DNA of 64,000 bases from Eledone cirrhosa (GCA_964016885.1 OZ024744.1:89404001-89468000), one strand, 5' to 3'; counted from the stretch's first letter, positions 27,123-41,419 are shown. Made by a program: numbers and translations. Notes: a model not told the origin generated them from the letters alone.

Positions 27123-28364
27123 CATAAACGTAACAAATATTCGGCTACAGCAATTATAAGTAAACGTGACATTTGACCATTCATTCAACGCGAAACATGA
27201 AGGGTGAGTTGTTCGTGCTAGGATATGTGCTCTGAAAAACTGAGCGAATGTTGTTAAATGAGCGCGAATGTGTAACGCAATGTGGAAATAAATTTACATT
27301 TTGATTTTGCCAACGGGAAGATATGCCGGCGATACCAAGTCAGAAGTTAAACGTATGCCGCGATAACAGAATCTTCCGAGGGGATCCGCTTGTTGTCAGC
27401 GTGACATCTAAAATGAGACTGCTAGTGAATTTCGCACACGGATCAATAGTACCATCGTATTCGTGGATATGTGCTATTTAAAGATAGCATGATACGTTAC
27501 CTTGCGAAAAGAGAAAGGTTCTTTAACAGAATGTTCTTTTACAGAAAGAGTCCAGAGTGAGATTCAATGAAGCGGAAACTTTATATTGTTTATCTGAAGA
27601 AAATTGGTGATCCGAGAATATAGACATTGTCGCGTGTTGTCGGTCGTACTTCAGTCACTACAGATCGAACGAACTTTTCATTTACATTTACACACACACA
27701 CATATATATGACCCGCAACTTAAGCATTTTAAATCTGGCGGAACCCACTCCCTCTCCGGGTCTAAACTCATCTGATTGCTTCCAGAGACGTAGTGAGACA
27801 GAGAGTGGGGCAGAGACAGAGAGAAAGAGAAAGTAAGTGATGGTGAGGAAGGGAGAAACAGATACAGAGGAAGAATCGAACCAAGTAATGGACTGGTACT
27901 TACTTGATGTATCTCATTCAAACCTTCTTCTAATGACTCTGCTAATTCGTAGCCTCATATTTACGTTCAATTTACATTTTAATTTATATTTATCACATCT
28001 GACTTGGATGAGTTTATCTCGAGTCCAAGAAATGAACAAGACTGGAACAGCGTTGAGAAGGGTCATCTGTGACAGACTCAACAGGACCTCCCGCCGAGAC
28101 ATGAAAAACCAAATGCCAAACATTGAGCGATGAAAGCTTTGTGTTGGTAACGCAAAAAATAGGTCACTTTACTGGACACGGGTGGCGGATGTTATGATTT
28201 CAACAGCGATAAGCATACATAGTATCCCGTATGAAAGATGTGAACCGGTGCCTGGCACAAACCTTGAATATGATCACATCTGAAGGCATTACACATGTGC
28301 CACTTTATGAGTCGGTGTGTGCAGTGTATGTCTAAGTCTAAATTCTGTCTTAAACCAAAAGGCT

Positions 28365-28470
28365 TAAGACGTGAAATGAAGTGTTTTGCTCAAAAACACA
28401 ACACGCAACCTAGGAATCGAACCCTATGATCGTAAGTTGAACACCCTTACCACTAGGCCACGTGCCTCCA
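28365..28470 (-). mobile_element. tRNA-derived SINE, family B (other copies at about 44635-44930 + and 60300-60515 +)
   Basis: Minus strand: ggcacgTGGCCTAGTGGtaagg...GGTTCGATTCCtagg...ttgtgtttttgagcaaaacacttcatttc. Confidence 0.75.
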
Positions 28471-28602
28471 CGGAGTGTATGTGTATGTGTGTGATTAGTA
28501 AGACTAAAACTAAACACTAAAACCAACAACAAGCTTCTGATACCATATCATTCATAAATATATATATGTATACATACAGAGTGTGCCCGTGAAACATAAA
28601 CA

Positions 28603-31600
28603 TACACCAGGTCCTAACACAGAGGAGCCGAACTCCAACTGTCATGGCCTCCATCTCTCTCGCCCTCCCCATCACATAAACGTACACCAGGTCCTAATAC
28701 AGAGGAGCCGAACTCCCACTGTCATCGCCTCCATCTCTCTCGCCCTCCCCATCACATACATGTACACCAGGTCCTAATACAGAGGAGCCGAACTCCCACT
28801 GTCATCGCCTCCATCTCTCTCGCCCTCCCCATCACATACATGTACACCAGGTCCTAATACAGAGGAGCCGAACTCCCACTGTCATCGCCTCCATCTCTCT
28901 CGCCCTCCCCATCACATACACGTACACCAGGTCCTAATACAGAGGAGCCGAACTCCCACTGTCATCGCCTCCATCTCTCTCGCCCTCCCCATCACATACA
29001 CGTACACCAGGTCCTAATACAGAGGAGCCGAACTCCCACTGTCATCGCCTCCATCTCTCTCGCCCTCCCCATCACATACACGTACACCAGGTCCTAATAC
29101 AGAGGAGCCGAACTCCCACTGTCATCGCCTCCATCTCTCTCGCCCTCCCCATCACATACACGTACACCAGGTCCTAATACAGAGGAGCCGAACTCCCACT
29201 GTCATCGCCTCCATCTCTCTCGCCCTCCCCATCACATACATGTACACCAGGTCCTAACACAGAGGAGCCGAACTCCCACTGTCATCGCCTCCATCTCTCT
29301 CGCCCTCCCCATCACATACATGTACACCAGGTCCTAACACAGAGGAGCCGAACTCCCACTGTCATCGCCTCCATCTCTCTCGCCCTCCCCATCACATACA
29401 CGTACACCAGGTCCTAATACAGAGGAGCCGAACTCCCACTGTCATCGCCTCCATCTCTCTCGCCCTCCCCATCACATACATGTACACCAGGTCCTAACAC
29501 AGAGGAGCCGAACTCCCACTGTCATCGCCTCCATCTCTCTCGCCCTCCCCATCACATACATGTACACCAGGTCCTAACACAGAGGAGCCGAACTCCCACT
29601 GTCATCGCCTCCATCTCTCTCGCCCTCCCCATCACATACACGTACACCAGGTCCTAATACAGAGGAGCCGAACTCCCACTGTCATCGCCTCCATCTCTCT
29701 CGCCCTCCCCATCACATACACGTACACCAGGTCCTAATACAGAGGAGCCGAACTCCCACTGTCATCGCCTCCATCTCTCTCGCCCTCCCCATCACATACA
29801 TGTACACCAGGTCCTAACACAGAGGAGCCGAACTCCCACTGTCATCGCCTCCATCTCTCTCGCCCTCCCCATCACATACATGTACACCAGGTCCTAACAC
29901 AGAGGAGCCGAACTCCCACTGTCATCGCCTCCATCTCTCTCGCCCTCCCCATCACATACACGTACACCAGGTCCTAATACAGAGGAGCCGAACTCCCACT
30001 GTCATCGCCTCCATCTCTCTCGCCCTCCCCATCACATACACGTACACCAGGTCCTAATACAGAGGAGCCGAACTCCCACTGTCATCGCCTCCATCTCTCT
30101 CGCCCTCCCCATCACATACACGTACACCAGGTCCTAATACAGAGGAGCCGAACTCCCACTGTCATCGCCTCCATCTCTCTCGCCCTCCCCATCACATACA
30201 CGTACACCAGGTCCTAATACAGAGGAGCCGAACTCCCACTATCATGGCCTCCATCTCTCTCGCCCTCCCCATCACATACACGTACACCAGGTCCTAATAC
30301 AGAGGAGCCGAACTCCCACTGTCATCGCCTCCATCTCTCTCGCCCTCCCCATCACATACATGTACACCAGGTCCTAATACAGAGGAGCCGAACTCCCACT
30401 GTCATCGCCTCCATCTCTCTCGCCCTCCCCATCACATACACGTACACCAGGTCCTAATACAGAGGAGCCGAACTCCCACTATCATGGCCTCCATCTCTCT
30501 CGCCCTCCCCATCACATACACGTACACCAGGTCCTAATACAGAGGAGCCGAACTCCCACTATCATGGCCTCCATCTCTCTCGCCCTCCCCATCACATACA
30601 CGTACACCAGGTCCTAATACAGAGGAGCCGAACTCCCACTATCATGGCCTCCATCTCTCTCGCCCTCCCCATCACATACACGTACACCAGGTCCTAACAC
30701 AGAGGAGCCGAACTCCCACTGTCATCGCCTCCATCTCTCTCGCCCTCCCCATCACATACACGTACACCAGGTCCTAACACAGAGGAGCCGAACTCCCACT
30801 GTCATCGCCTCCATCTCTCTCGCCCTCCCCATCACATACACGTACACCAGGTCCTAATACAGAGGAGCCGAACTCCCACTGTCATGGCCTCCATCTCTCT
30901 CGCCCTCCTCATCACATACACGTACACCAGGTCCTAATACAGAGGAGCCGAACTCCCACTGTCATGGCCTCCATCTCTCTCGCCCTCCCCATCACATACA
31001 CGTACACCAGGTCCTAATACAGAGGAGCCGAACTCCCACTGTCATCGCCTCCATCTCTCTCGCCCTCCCCATCACATACATGTACACCAGGTCCTAATAC
31101 AGAGGAGCCGAACTCCCACTATCATGGCCTCCATCTCTCTCGCCCTCCCCATCACATACACGTACACCAGGTCCTAACACAGAGGAGCCGAACTCCCACT
31201 GTCATGGCCTCCATCTCTCTCGCCCTCCCCATCACATACATGTACACCAGGTCCTAACACAGAGGATCCGAACTCCCACTGTCATCACCTCCATCTCTCT
31301 CGCCCTCCCCATCACATACACGTACACCAGGTCCTAACACAGAGGAGCCGAACTCCCACTGTCATCGCCTCCATCTCTCTCGCCCTCCCCATCACATACA
31401 CGTACACCAGGTCCTAACACAGAGGAGCCGAACTCCCACTGTCATCGCCTCCATCTCTCTCGCCCTCCCCATCACATACACGTACACCAGGTCCTAATAC
31501 AGAGGAGCCGAACTCCCACTGTCATCGCCTCCATCTCTCTCGCCCTCCCCATCACATACACGTACACCAGGTCCTAATACAGAGGAGCCGAACTCCCACT

Positions 31601-31868
31601 GTCATCGCCTCCATCTCTCTCGCCCTCCCCATCACATACACGTACACCAGGTCCTAATACAGAGGAGCCGAACTCCCACTGTCATCGCCTCCATCTCTCT
31701 CGCCCTCCCCATCACATACACGTACACCAGGTCCTAATACAGAGGAGCCGAACTCCCACTGTCATCGCCTCCATCTCTCTCGCCCTCCCCATCACATACA
31801 TGTACACCAGGTCCTAACACAGAGGAGCCGAACTCCCACTGTCATCACCTCCATCTCTCTTGCCCTCC
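28603..31868 (+). repeat. 80-bp satellite, about 41 near-identical copies
   Basis: Unit cgtacaccaggtcctaatacagaggagccgaactcccactgtcatcgcctccatctctctcgccctccccatcacataca. Confidence 0.98.
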
Positions 31869-32272
31869 TTATCTCTCAGTATTATGATCAAATGGGATCC
31901 TACGCACTGGTCGCCCCATGACCCCGGCGGACAGAATGAAGAAGGCGTTTCTCCTGAGGATGGTGAGGAGACGAGTTGGAGGAGTCATTCCAGTTCGTTG
32001 TCTAGTGAAAAACAATATTAAGTTTATAGGTGTGTGAAGAATGGAATTTACTGCATGTTATTATATGTTTATGGTTTGTTTGCTCGGCTGTTGTTGAAGA
32101 TAGCTTGTGTCTCATCGTTTTATTAATTGTTTATTCTAAAGATGTGTGGGGCTTGGTATTTGTCTACTTCAAATAGGCTTTAACATTTTTTTTTTTAATT
32201 TTAATATATGTTCAACAATGGTGTTTTGTGGCACGTAGGCACACACATGCACACACACACGCACACACACAT

Positions 32273-32381
<109 letters not shown>

Positions 32382-32423
32382 TACACACACAAACACAAAC
32401 ACATATACACACATATATATATA

Positions 32424-33367
32424 CTAGCAAATGACCCCCCGTCCATTGGACGGTGTCAGTTCTTGGTAGGGCTGCAATGTTAATGGTCAATTTCCGTGTT
32501 GTATGTTTAACTTGGAGGATAATTTTACCTGATCAACTCTTTCAATAAAAAAAAATGAGACGGTATTCAAAAAGAGCAAGTTTTATTTACAGATATGTGT
32601 CATTAAAATGTGAACATAGAGAAATGTATCGTTAGCCGTGTCGGTTGAACAATGTGTATTTTAAAACATCCATCATGTATACACACACACAAACACATAC
32701 ACACACAAACATACACACACACATACACACACAAACACACATACACACACATACACACACAAACACACACACATACACACACACACATACGCACACAATC
32801 CCAAGACGTGACGTTGTGGAAGGGGGAGAGTTAAGAAGTGTAATAAATAAGTTAAAATTATAAACGCTGTATTTATCATATTCGCGTCACACACACTCCT
32901 CTCTTTCTTTATTTTACTCTCTCTCTCTCACTCCTCTCTTTCTATCTCCCTCTCACACATTCTTCTCTCTCTGGCCGTTATGGAAATTACACACACACAC
33001 ACACACACATGCACGCACACATACACACACAAACACATACACACACATATACACACGCACATACACATACAATCCCATAACGTGTGTTGTGGAAGGGGGA
33101 GAGTTAAGAAGTGTGTAAAAGGAACGCTCTCTCTCTCTCTTTAATGGCCGCCATGGAATTTGTTAGTGCAAAAGTCTATAAGATTATAAAATCGAAGTTT
33201 GTGACTTCGAAATTAATCATTATGAAATAATTTTTTGTTGATGTTACAAACGGTAGCCTATTTTGGCTATGTGTTTAATTTGACAGAGATCGATGGAATA
33301 TTTTCCAAGTGAAACTCTTTTACACACACACACAGAACGGGAATAGAACGGGAATTATATATATAGA
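32424..33367 (-). mobile_element. Non-autonomous Helitron
   Basis: Minus strand: A|TCTATATATATAATT... and ...CCGTCC aat GGACGG ggggtcatttg CTAG|T; internal duplication (about 32790-32845 vs 33065-33115). Confidence 0.85.
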
Positions 33368-33799
33368 TATATGCATAAAGACAAAACTTGACATATATAT
33401 ATATGTATAAGTGTGAAATGCATGGGCCCGCGTGTCTGCATACGTGCGTACATGTATGTGTGCGTCTGTCTGCCTGTGTGTATGTCCGCGTATGTATGTG
33501 TGTGCCTGTGTGTGTGGTGCGTGTGTACGTGTGTGCTGTGTGTGCACGTGTGTGTCTGTGTATATGTGTATGTACGTGTGTCTGTATGTGCGCGTGTATA
33601 TCTGTGTGTGACTGTACGTGTGTCTGTGTGTGTGTGCGTGTATACATGGGAATTAAAGAAAGATGTTGAAAACCTGAAAGTTCTAATGGAGTGTGAGAGG
33701 AACAATTGAGTATGAAAAATTACAATAACCTAAATTAGAACAGCTTAATTTCTCTGAAATGTCAGAAGAGAACATTTCATGTTCTAAATTAGAACATTT

Positions 33800-33902
<103 letters not shown>

Positions 33903-33957
33903 AACATATCGATCCACCAACATAATTGTGTTAACATCTTATAATGTCACACTAGTG

Positions 33958-34873
33958 CAGGTTGCTATGGTACCAAATGCACACAACAGCTCCATGCCGA
34001 CGTCACAGGTCGCTGTGGTACCAATTGCACACAACAGCTCCCTGCCGACGTCACAGCGGTCGCGATGGTACCAATTGCACACAACAGCTCCATGCCGACG
34101 TCACAGGTCGCTATGGTACCAATTGCACGCAACAGCTCCCTGCCGACGTCACAGGTCGCTATGGTACCAATTGCACACAACAGCTCCATGCCGACGTCAC
34201 AGGTCGCTATGGTAGCAATTGCACACAACAGCTCCATGCCGACGTCACAGGTCGCTATGGTAGCAATTGCACACAACAGCTCCCTGCCGATGTCACAGGT
34301 CGCTATGGTACCAATTGCACACAACAGCTCCCTGCCGACGTCACAGGTCGCTATGGTACCAATTGCACACAACAGCTCCATGCCGACGTCACAGGTCGCT
34401 ATGGTACCAATTGCACACAACAGCTCCATGCCGACGTCACAGGTCGCTATGGTAGCAATTGCACACAACAGCTCCATGCCGACGTCACAGGTCGCTATGG
34501 TAGCAATTGCACACAACAGCTCCATGCCGACGTCACAGGTCGCTATGGTAGCAATTGCACACAACAGCTCCATGCCGACGTCACAGGTCGCTATGGTAGC
34601 AATTGCACACAACAGCTCCATGCCGACGTCACAGGTCGCTATGGTACCAATTGCACACAACAGCTCCATGCCGACGTCACAGGTCGCTATGGTACCAATT
34701 GCACACAACAGCTCCATGCCGACGTCACAGGTCGCTATGGTACCAATTGCACACAACAGCTCCATGCCGACGTCACAGGTCGCTATGGTACCAATTGCAC
34801 ACAACAGCTCCATGCCGACGTCACAGGTCGCTATGGTACCAATTGCACACAACAGCTCCATGCCGATGTCACA
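33958..34873 (+). repeat. 48-bp satellite, about 19 copies
   Basis: Unit caggtcgctatggtaccaattgcacacaacagctccatgccgacgtca. Confidence 0.98.
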
Positions 34874-34886
34874 GAAATATCTGTAA

Positions 34887-35202
34887 TAATTGTTTCTACT
34901 TTTGGCACAAGGCCATAAATATACTCAGTACATTACTGGTACTTTATTTTATCAAACAATAAGGATGAAAGGCAAAGTTAACTTCGGCGGGATTTGAACT
35001 TAGTCCGTAAAGGGACATAACTCTATGCTGGAAAACATGGCGTCCGACTCTCTACCGATACTGCCAATCCAGCGCCCTCTTTGTAATACTTGTTTCTACT
35101 TTTGGCACAATGCCAGCAATTACCCAGTGCATTACTGGTACTTTATTTTATCGACCCCGTAAGGATGAAAGGCAAAGTTAACCTCGGCGGGATTTGAACT
35201 CA
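34887..35202 (-). mobile_element. Two adjacent family-A SINEs (one near full-length, one 5'-truncated)
   Basis: Reverse-complement match to family A. Confidence 0.88.
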
Positions 35203-35411
35203 AAATGGCCCTCTGTGTAATAATAAATAATAAATAATAATTATGTCACTTCTGCCTTAACGTTTATTTCATACATGATAACTTCGTTACGTTTGATAGC
35301 CACCTCTTGGCTGGATTGACACAACTGACATGGAGCACGTCGTATATATGTGTGTGTATGGTGTATGATGCGCGTGAGTGTGTGCGTATGTGTGTGTGTG
35401 CGTGTATGTAT

Positions 35412-35481
<70 letters not shown>

Positions 35482-35506
35482 TCCCCTCAATCTATCTTAT
35501 TCTCAT

Positions 35507-35542
35507 TCTTCTGATGAAGGACTAGCGTCCGAAACGTTAAGA
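35507..35542 (+). ncRNA. Minimal type I hammerhead ribozyme
   Basis: TCTT CTGATGA aGGAC tagc GTCC GAA ACGT T AAGA. Confidence 0.85.
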
Positions 35543-35748
35543 TCCTCTTCCTGCTATGTCAAGCGTTAACCTAATATATCCCTTCCATATACTGTACCGA
35601 TTGTGTTGTTATTTCTGTTTACCTTTTACATATGATTCCAGTTCCTCAGAGAAATAACAACCCAACCAGGAGCTGGACATATCGGAGTATTAACGGAGTA
35701 AAACACACTTCAACAACATGTGTACCTGTCTCTCCCACACCAATTCGG

Positions 35749-35803
35749 ACTGCCTGAAGAGGTCACAGCCAATTATGGCTGTCACCGAAATATATATAGC
35801 AGT
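35749..35803 (+). ncRNA. Type I hammerhead ribozyme in a ~230-bp repeat (35633-35865; second copy 53055-53275)
   Basis: ACTGC CTGAAGA GGTcACAGCC aattat GGCTGTcACC GAA ATATATAT A GCAGT. Confidence 0.87.
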
Positions 35804-36252
35804 ATATCTATAATTTATAATAAACGAAGCCAAATTTTACATATTTGACTTAATTATTTTATTTTATATATTTATATATATATATAGTATTAATTATACT
35901 ATTTATGGTTATGTAAATACAAAAACCTTTTGCAGTTATATATATTTTTTTATACAAACCCTAAATAGTGGTAGGCAGTAATATATTACTACCTTATTAC
36001 CAGTAAGTTAAGTAGCTCAATGATTTTTTTATACAAACCCTATATATATATATATATTTGACAATGTGAGAATCACAAATGTAGAAAATAACTGTAACAA
36101 TTCCTTTAATGATTAACTAATTATGCAATCCCGACCTAATTATGTCGCCAGGATCTTACGTAACAAGGGCATTGCACTATATATAGTGTTTTTGCAACAA
36201 TAAAACTTTGAAGGAACATCACCAGTCCGGCGTCCTGTTGTTTTAATCAAAG

Positions 36253-36307
<55 letters not shown>

Positions 36308-36453
36308 ACCCACCCCACCCACACACGCATATATATATATATATATACTGACACACTTCACTGAAATCAGATATAACCGTAAACTATTCCACGAGAGACT
36401 ACAGTAATCTCACCAGTATGCCTGCCTACTTCCGAGGATATGCTGCTATTATT

Positions 36454-36489
<36 letters not shown>

Positions 36490-36809
36490 GGCCCAAACTG
36501 TCTGGCATGATAGGATCGAGAGAATAGGAAGCTTCCACTGGGGATATATATTGTACAAACACGCGGGGGCACACACACACACACATACACATACACACAC
36601 ACATACATACATACATACGTACATATATACATATATACATACAAACATGCATACATACATATATACATACATATATACATACACACACACACATACACAC
36701 ATACCTGCATACATATATACATGCATACACATACATATATACATCCAATCATCCATACATACATAGATACATACATAGATATATACACATTTACATACAT
36801 TCACACACG

Positions 36810-37354
36810 TATACATACATACATACATACATACATACATACATACATACATACATACATACATACATACCTATATACATACATACATACATACATACAT
36901 ACATACATACATACATACATACATACATACATACATACATACCTATATACATACATACATACATACATACATACATGCATACATACATACATACATACAT
37001 ACATACATACATACATGCATGCATACATACATACATACATACATACATACATACATGCATACATACATACATACATACATACACACACATACATACATAC
37101 ATACATACATACATACATACATACATACATACATACATACATACATACATACATACACACATACATACATGCATACATACACACATACACACATACACAC
37201 ATACATACATACATACATACATATATACATATATACGTACATACATACATACATACATACATACATACATACGTACATACGTACATACATACATACATAC
37301 ATACATACATACATACATACATACATACATACATACATACATACATACATACAT
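36810..37354 (+). repeat. (CATA)n microsatellite; resumes at 38537-38670
   Basis: Direct inspection. Confidence 0.97.
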
Positions 37355-38536
37355 AAGAACTCGAAAACTTCTCAGTGTTACTGGGAACTTTAACATCAAT
37401 GGTGATGTGGATAGGCTATACTTCTCACGCAAGGAAGGTGGCCGGGGTCTAAAATCAATATTAACAACATATGAGACCCGGATAGTAACACTGAAGCAAC
37501 ACCTTCAGAGGAAAAAGGTTGGCAACCATCTTGCCCAGGTTTATGACCATGAAAAAATAAATATCATTAGAATAGCGACTGATCTGGAGCAGAGATATGG
37601 AATAAAGCCTGATATAAATCTCTCACCCAGAGAAATCGGAAGATCCTATTCAATGTTCAAACAAGATAAAAAAATTGACCAATTTACAGAAAAAGTTGTG
37701 CATGGATACTTGAGGCGTAAAACACAGACCATAGAGGGGATAAACCACTCAAAAAGCCTGGCATGGAGTTCCGACAAGTTTATGACATCACACCTTGAGG
37801 GATATCTCTATGCAATACAGGAACAAGAACTCCCTACCAAATATCTGCTGCACAAAAGAGGAGGGCCAGCAGCTGACAATAAATGTAGGCTATGTAAAAC
37901 AAAGATCGAGGATGTAAGCCACATTGTTGCCAGCTGCGAAAGAATGTCATCTCGCTACTACCTCCCCATGAGACACGATGGGATAGCTAGAACCATCTGG
38001 AACGCACTTCGGAAAACAAAATTAATAACAAACGAGGAAGAATATATTGAGACAGATGGCACTAAGGAATACTGGTGGAACCTGAAAATAAAAACTGCCA
38101 CCAAATTAAAGCACAACCGGCCTGATATTGTAGTTTGGGACCACACATTGAAAACGTGTTCTGTTGTGGAGATCAGCTGCCCACTTGATGTAAACGTTGT
38201 CAGGAAAATACAGGAGAAGGAGGACATCTACGGACCATTGATGAGGAGTTTACAAATCCAGTATCCAAGATACACCTTTAGCTTCATACCCATCATTATT
38301 GGTGCTACGGGTTATATACCAACCCGCTTGGACCAAAGTATGACTGAACTTGGATTTGCGGACAAAAAGCGCAGCTCCCTAATTCATAGTCTACAAATGG
38401 CTGCGATAGCTGGCACCTTCAAAATTTGCAAAACATTCTTGCGATTCAAGGGATGACAATTTCTTTTCTTTTACAACCTTGCCACCAGGAAGGTGGCCGG
38501 TCAAAAAAATATACTCGAAATTAAGAGAAAGAGAAA
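37355..38536 (+). mobile_element. 5'-truncated R4/Dong-clade (RLE) non-LTR retrotransposon; ORF uninterrupted to the stop at 38456
   Basis: RLYFSRKEGGRGL, AIQEQ, CRLC...EDVSHIVASC, RHD, NRPDIVV...VEISCP restriction-like endonuclease; the YIHT N-terminus of the ORF is only flanking microsatellite. Confidence 0.92.
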
Positions 38537-39011
38537 ACATACATACATACATACATACATGCATACATACGTACATACGTACATACATACATACATACAT
38601 ACATACATACATACATACATACATACATACATACATTCATACATAAATACATACATACATACATACATGCATGCACTCATGTATGCGATGTTGTTTGATA
38701 GGGATGCTAATTTCCAATTCATTAACCTAGCTGAGACCGGAAAGACCACTGGAAATAACTAACTACTGTCGCCATCTGGAGACAGCTAGTGGCAAAGTAG
38801 TCGCCTGTTGCACTTAACTTCATACACTGACTTACTCTCAAGCGCGTGTGCGCGTAGACACTCACAGACACTCACACATACACACACACACATACATATA
38901 CACACACACGCACACGCACACACGCACACACACATATATATATATAGACGCACATACATATGCATACACATACATGCCTCACACACACACATACATACAC
39001 ACACACATAAA

Positions 39012-39061
<50 letters not shown>

Positions 39062-39556
39062 GAAACATGCCTGCGTGTAGATTCTCTATATCACATAAAA
39101 ATACACATACACACACACACACATATACACACATACACACACAAATACATATACATAGATACACATGCATATGCATATGCATACAGCTACACGCATATAG
39201 ATTCTCTATACTACATAAACAAACACAAAAATACACACACACACATATATATATATATACATACAGACACACACACACATATATACATACAGACACACAC
39301 AAACACGCATGTCAATACAAATAAACGCAACAACATTGATGGTGACCACGCAGCAAACGATAACTGCGGTAGCAACAACGCCGACAGATAAACTAACGAT
39401 ACCTATATATATATATCAACGGTATACATTGATTTAGAAACTAAATATCAGTTTGTATTTCTTTTCTTGATTTATTATTTTAAACTAGCAGAAAAACCGC
39501 CCTCGGATACAGGCCGAAGCTGTAGTTCATATATATACAGTATGCCTCCACCCAAA

Positions 39557-40960
39557 ATGTGTAGGTGTCACGACAAAAAGCACCCAGCCCACACTATAAA
39601 GTGGTCGTGTAGGTGTCACGACAAAAAGCACCCAGCCCACACTGTAAAGTGGTCGTGTAGGTGTCACGACAAAAAGCACCCAGCCCACACTGTAAAGTGG
39701 TCGTGTAGGTGTCACGACAAAAAGCACCCAGCCAACACTGTAAAGTGGTCGTGTAGGTGTCACGACAAAAAGCACCCAGCCCACACTGTAAAGTGGTCGT
39801 GTAGGTGTCACGACAAAAAGCACCCAGCCCACACTGTAAAGTGGTCGTGTAGGTGTCACGACAAAAAGCACCCAGCCCACACTGTAAAGTGGTCGTGTAG
39901 GTGTCACGACAAAAAGCACCCAACCCACACTATAAAGTGGTCGTGTAGGTGTCACGACAAAAAGCACCCAGCCCACACTGTAAAGTGGTCGTGTAGGTGT
40001 CACGACAAAAAGCACCCAGCCCACACTGTAAAGTGGTCGTGTAGGTGTCACGACAAAAAGCACCCAGCCCACACTGTAAAGTGGTCGTGTAGGTGTCACG
40101 ACAAAAAGCACCCAGCCCACACTGTAAAGTGGTCGTGTAGGTGTCACGACAAAAAGCACCCAGCCCACACTGTAAAGTGGTCGTGTAGGTGTCACGACAA
40201 AAAGCACCCAGCCCACACTATAAAGTGGTCGTGTAGGTGTCACGACAAAAAGCACCCAGCCCACACTGTAAAGTGGTCGTGTAGGTGTCACGACAAAAAG
40301 CACCCAGCCCACACTGTAAAGTGGTCGTGTAGGTGTCACGACAAAAAGCACCCAGCCCACACTGTAAAGTGGTCGTGTAGGTGTCACGACAAAAAGCACC
40401 CAGCCCACACTATAAAGTGGTCGTGTAGGTGTCACGACAAAAAGCACCCAGCCCACACTGTAAAGTGGTCGTGTAGGTGTCACGACAAAAAGCACCCAGC
40501 CCACACTGTAAAGTGGTCGTGTAGGTGTCACGACAAAAAGCACCCAGCCCACACTGTAAAGTGGTCGTGTAGGTGTCACGACAAAAAGCACCCAGCCCAC
40601 ACTGTAAAGTGGTCGTGTAGGTGTCACGACAAAAAGCACCCAGCCCACACTATAAAGTGGTCGTGTAGGTGTCACGACAAAAAGCACCCAGCCCACACTG
40701 TAAAGTGGTCGTGTAGGTGTCACGACAAAAAGCACCCACCCCACACTGTAAAGTGGTTGTGTAGGTGTCACGACAAAAAGCACCCAGCCCACACTGTAAA
40801 GTGGTCGTGTAGTTGTCACGACAAAAAGCACCCAGCCCACACTGTAAAGTGATCGTGTAGGTGTCACGACAAAAAGCACCCAGCCCACACTGTAAAGTGG
40901 TCGTGTAGGTGTCACGACAAAAAGCACCCAGCCCTCACTATAATGTGGTCACGACAAAAA
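39557..40960 (+). repeat. 48-bp satellite, about 29 copies
   Basis: Unit gtgtaggtgtcacgacaaaaagcacccagcccacactgtaaagtggtc. Confidence 0.98.
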
Positions 40961-41174
40961 GCACACAGTACTCACTCTAAACGAGGTTGCCGTTAGGAAG
41001 GGCATCCATCTGTAGAAACCAAGCCAAAATCAGTTCTGCAAGACATGGTCACCTCACCTAGCATTGCCCATAACAGGACAACTCCTGTAACCCATGCTAG
41101 TGTGGAAAAATGGACGTAAAACGGTGATGATGATGATGATGATGACGATGACGATGACGATGATGATGATGATT

Positions 41175-41205
<31 letters not shown>
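40948..41205 (+). mobile_element. 3' part of a SINE with (GAT)n tail
   Basis: gttaggaagggcatccatctgtagaaacc...aacccatgctagtgtggaaaaatggacgtaaaac(gat)n; resembles, from memory, octopus SINE/RTE-type tails. Confidence 0.7.
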
Positions 41206-41206
<1 letters not shown>

Positions 41207-41253
41207 ATAATCCCAAAATGGCTGAACAAACAGACATGTGCTTTCCTCCTGCA

Positions 41254-41286
41254 TCTTCTGATGAAGGACTAATGTCCGAAACGTTA
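41254..41286 (+). ncRNA. Minimal hammerhead, 3' strand of stem I damaged
   Basis: tctt CTGATGA aGGAC taat GTCC GAA ACGT T a. Confidence 0.68.
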
Positions 41287-41362
41287 TTTGCCTACTATAT
41301 CAAGCGTTAAACTCATGTGTATCTTCATTGTACTCTATCGTTTCCCTGTGTTGCTTTCGCAC

Positions 41363-41419
<57 letters not shown>

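Noticed and set aside
27130-28330. Non-repetitive stretch with short ORFs (27837-28133)
   Set aside because: No recognisable domain or splice structure; cannot be assigned without a search
28400-28470. Functional tRNA genes at SINE heads (also 44635, 60300 and family A)
   Set aside because: A/B boxes are present but the cloverleafs are broken and continue into SINE bodies
36975-37354. N-terminal 126 aa of the 493-aa ORF
   Set aside because: Flanking (CATA)n read in frame; not part of the retrotransposon protein
39485-39520. Possible minus-strand Helitron 3' end (CTAG + GC-rich segment)
   Set aside because: Hairpin is weak and no 5' TC end was identified
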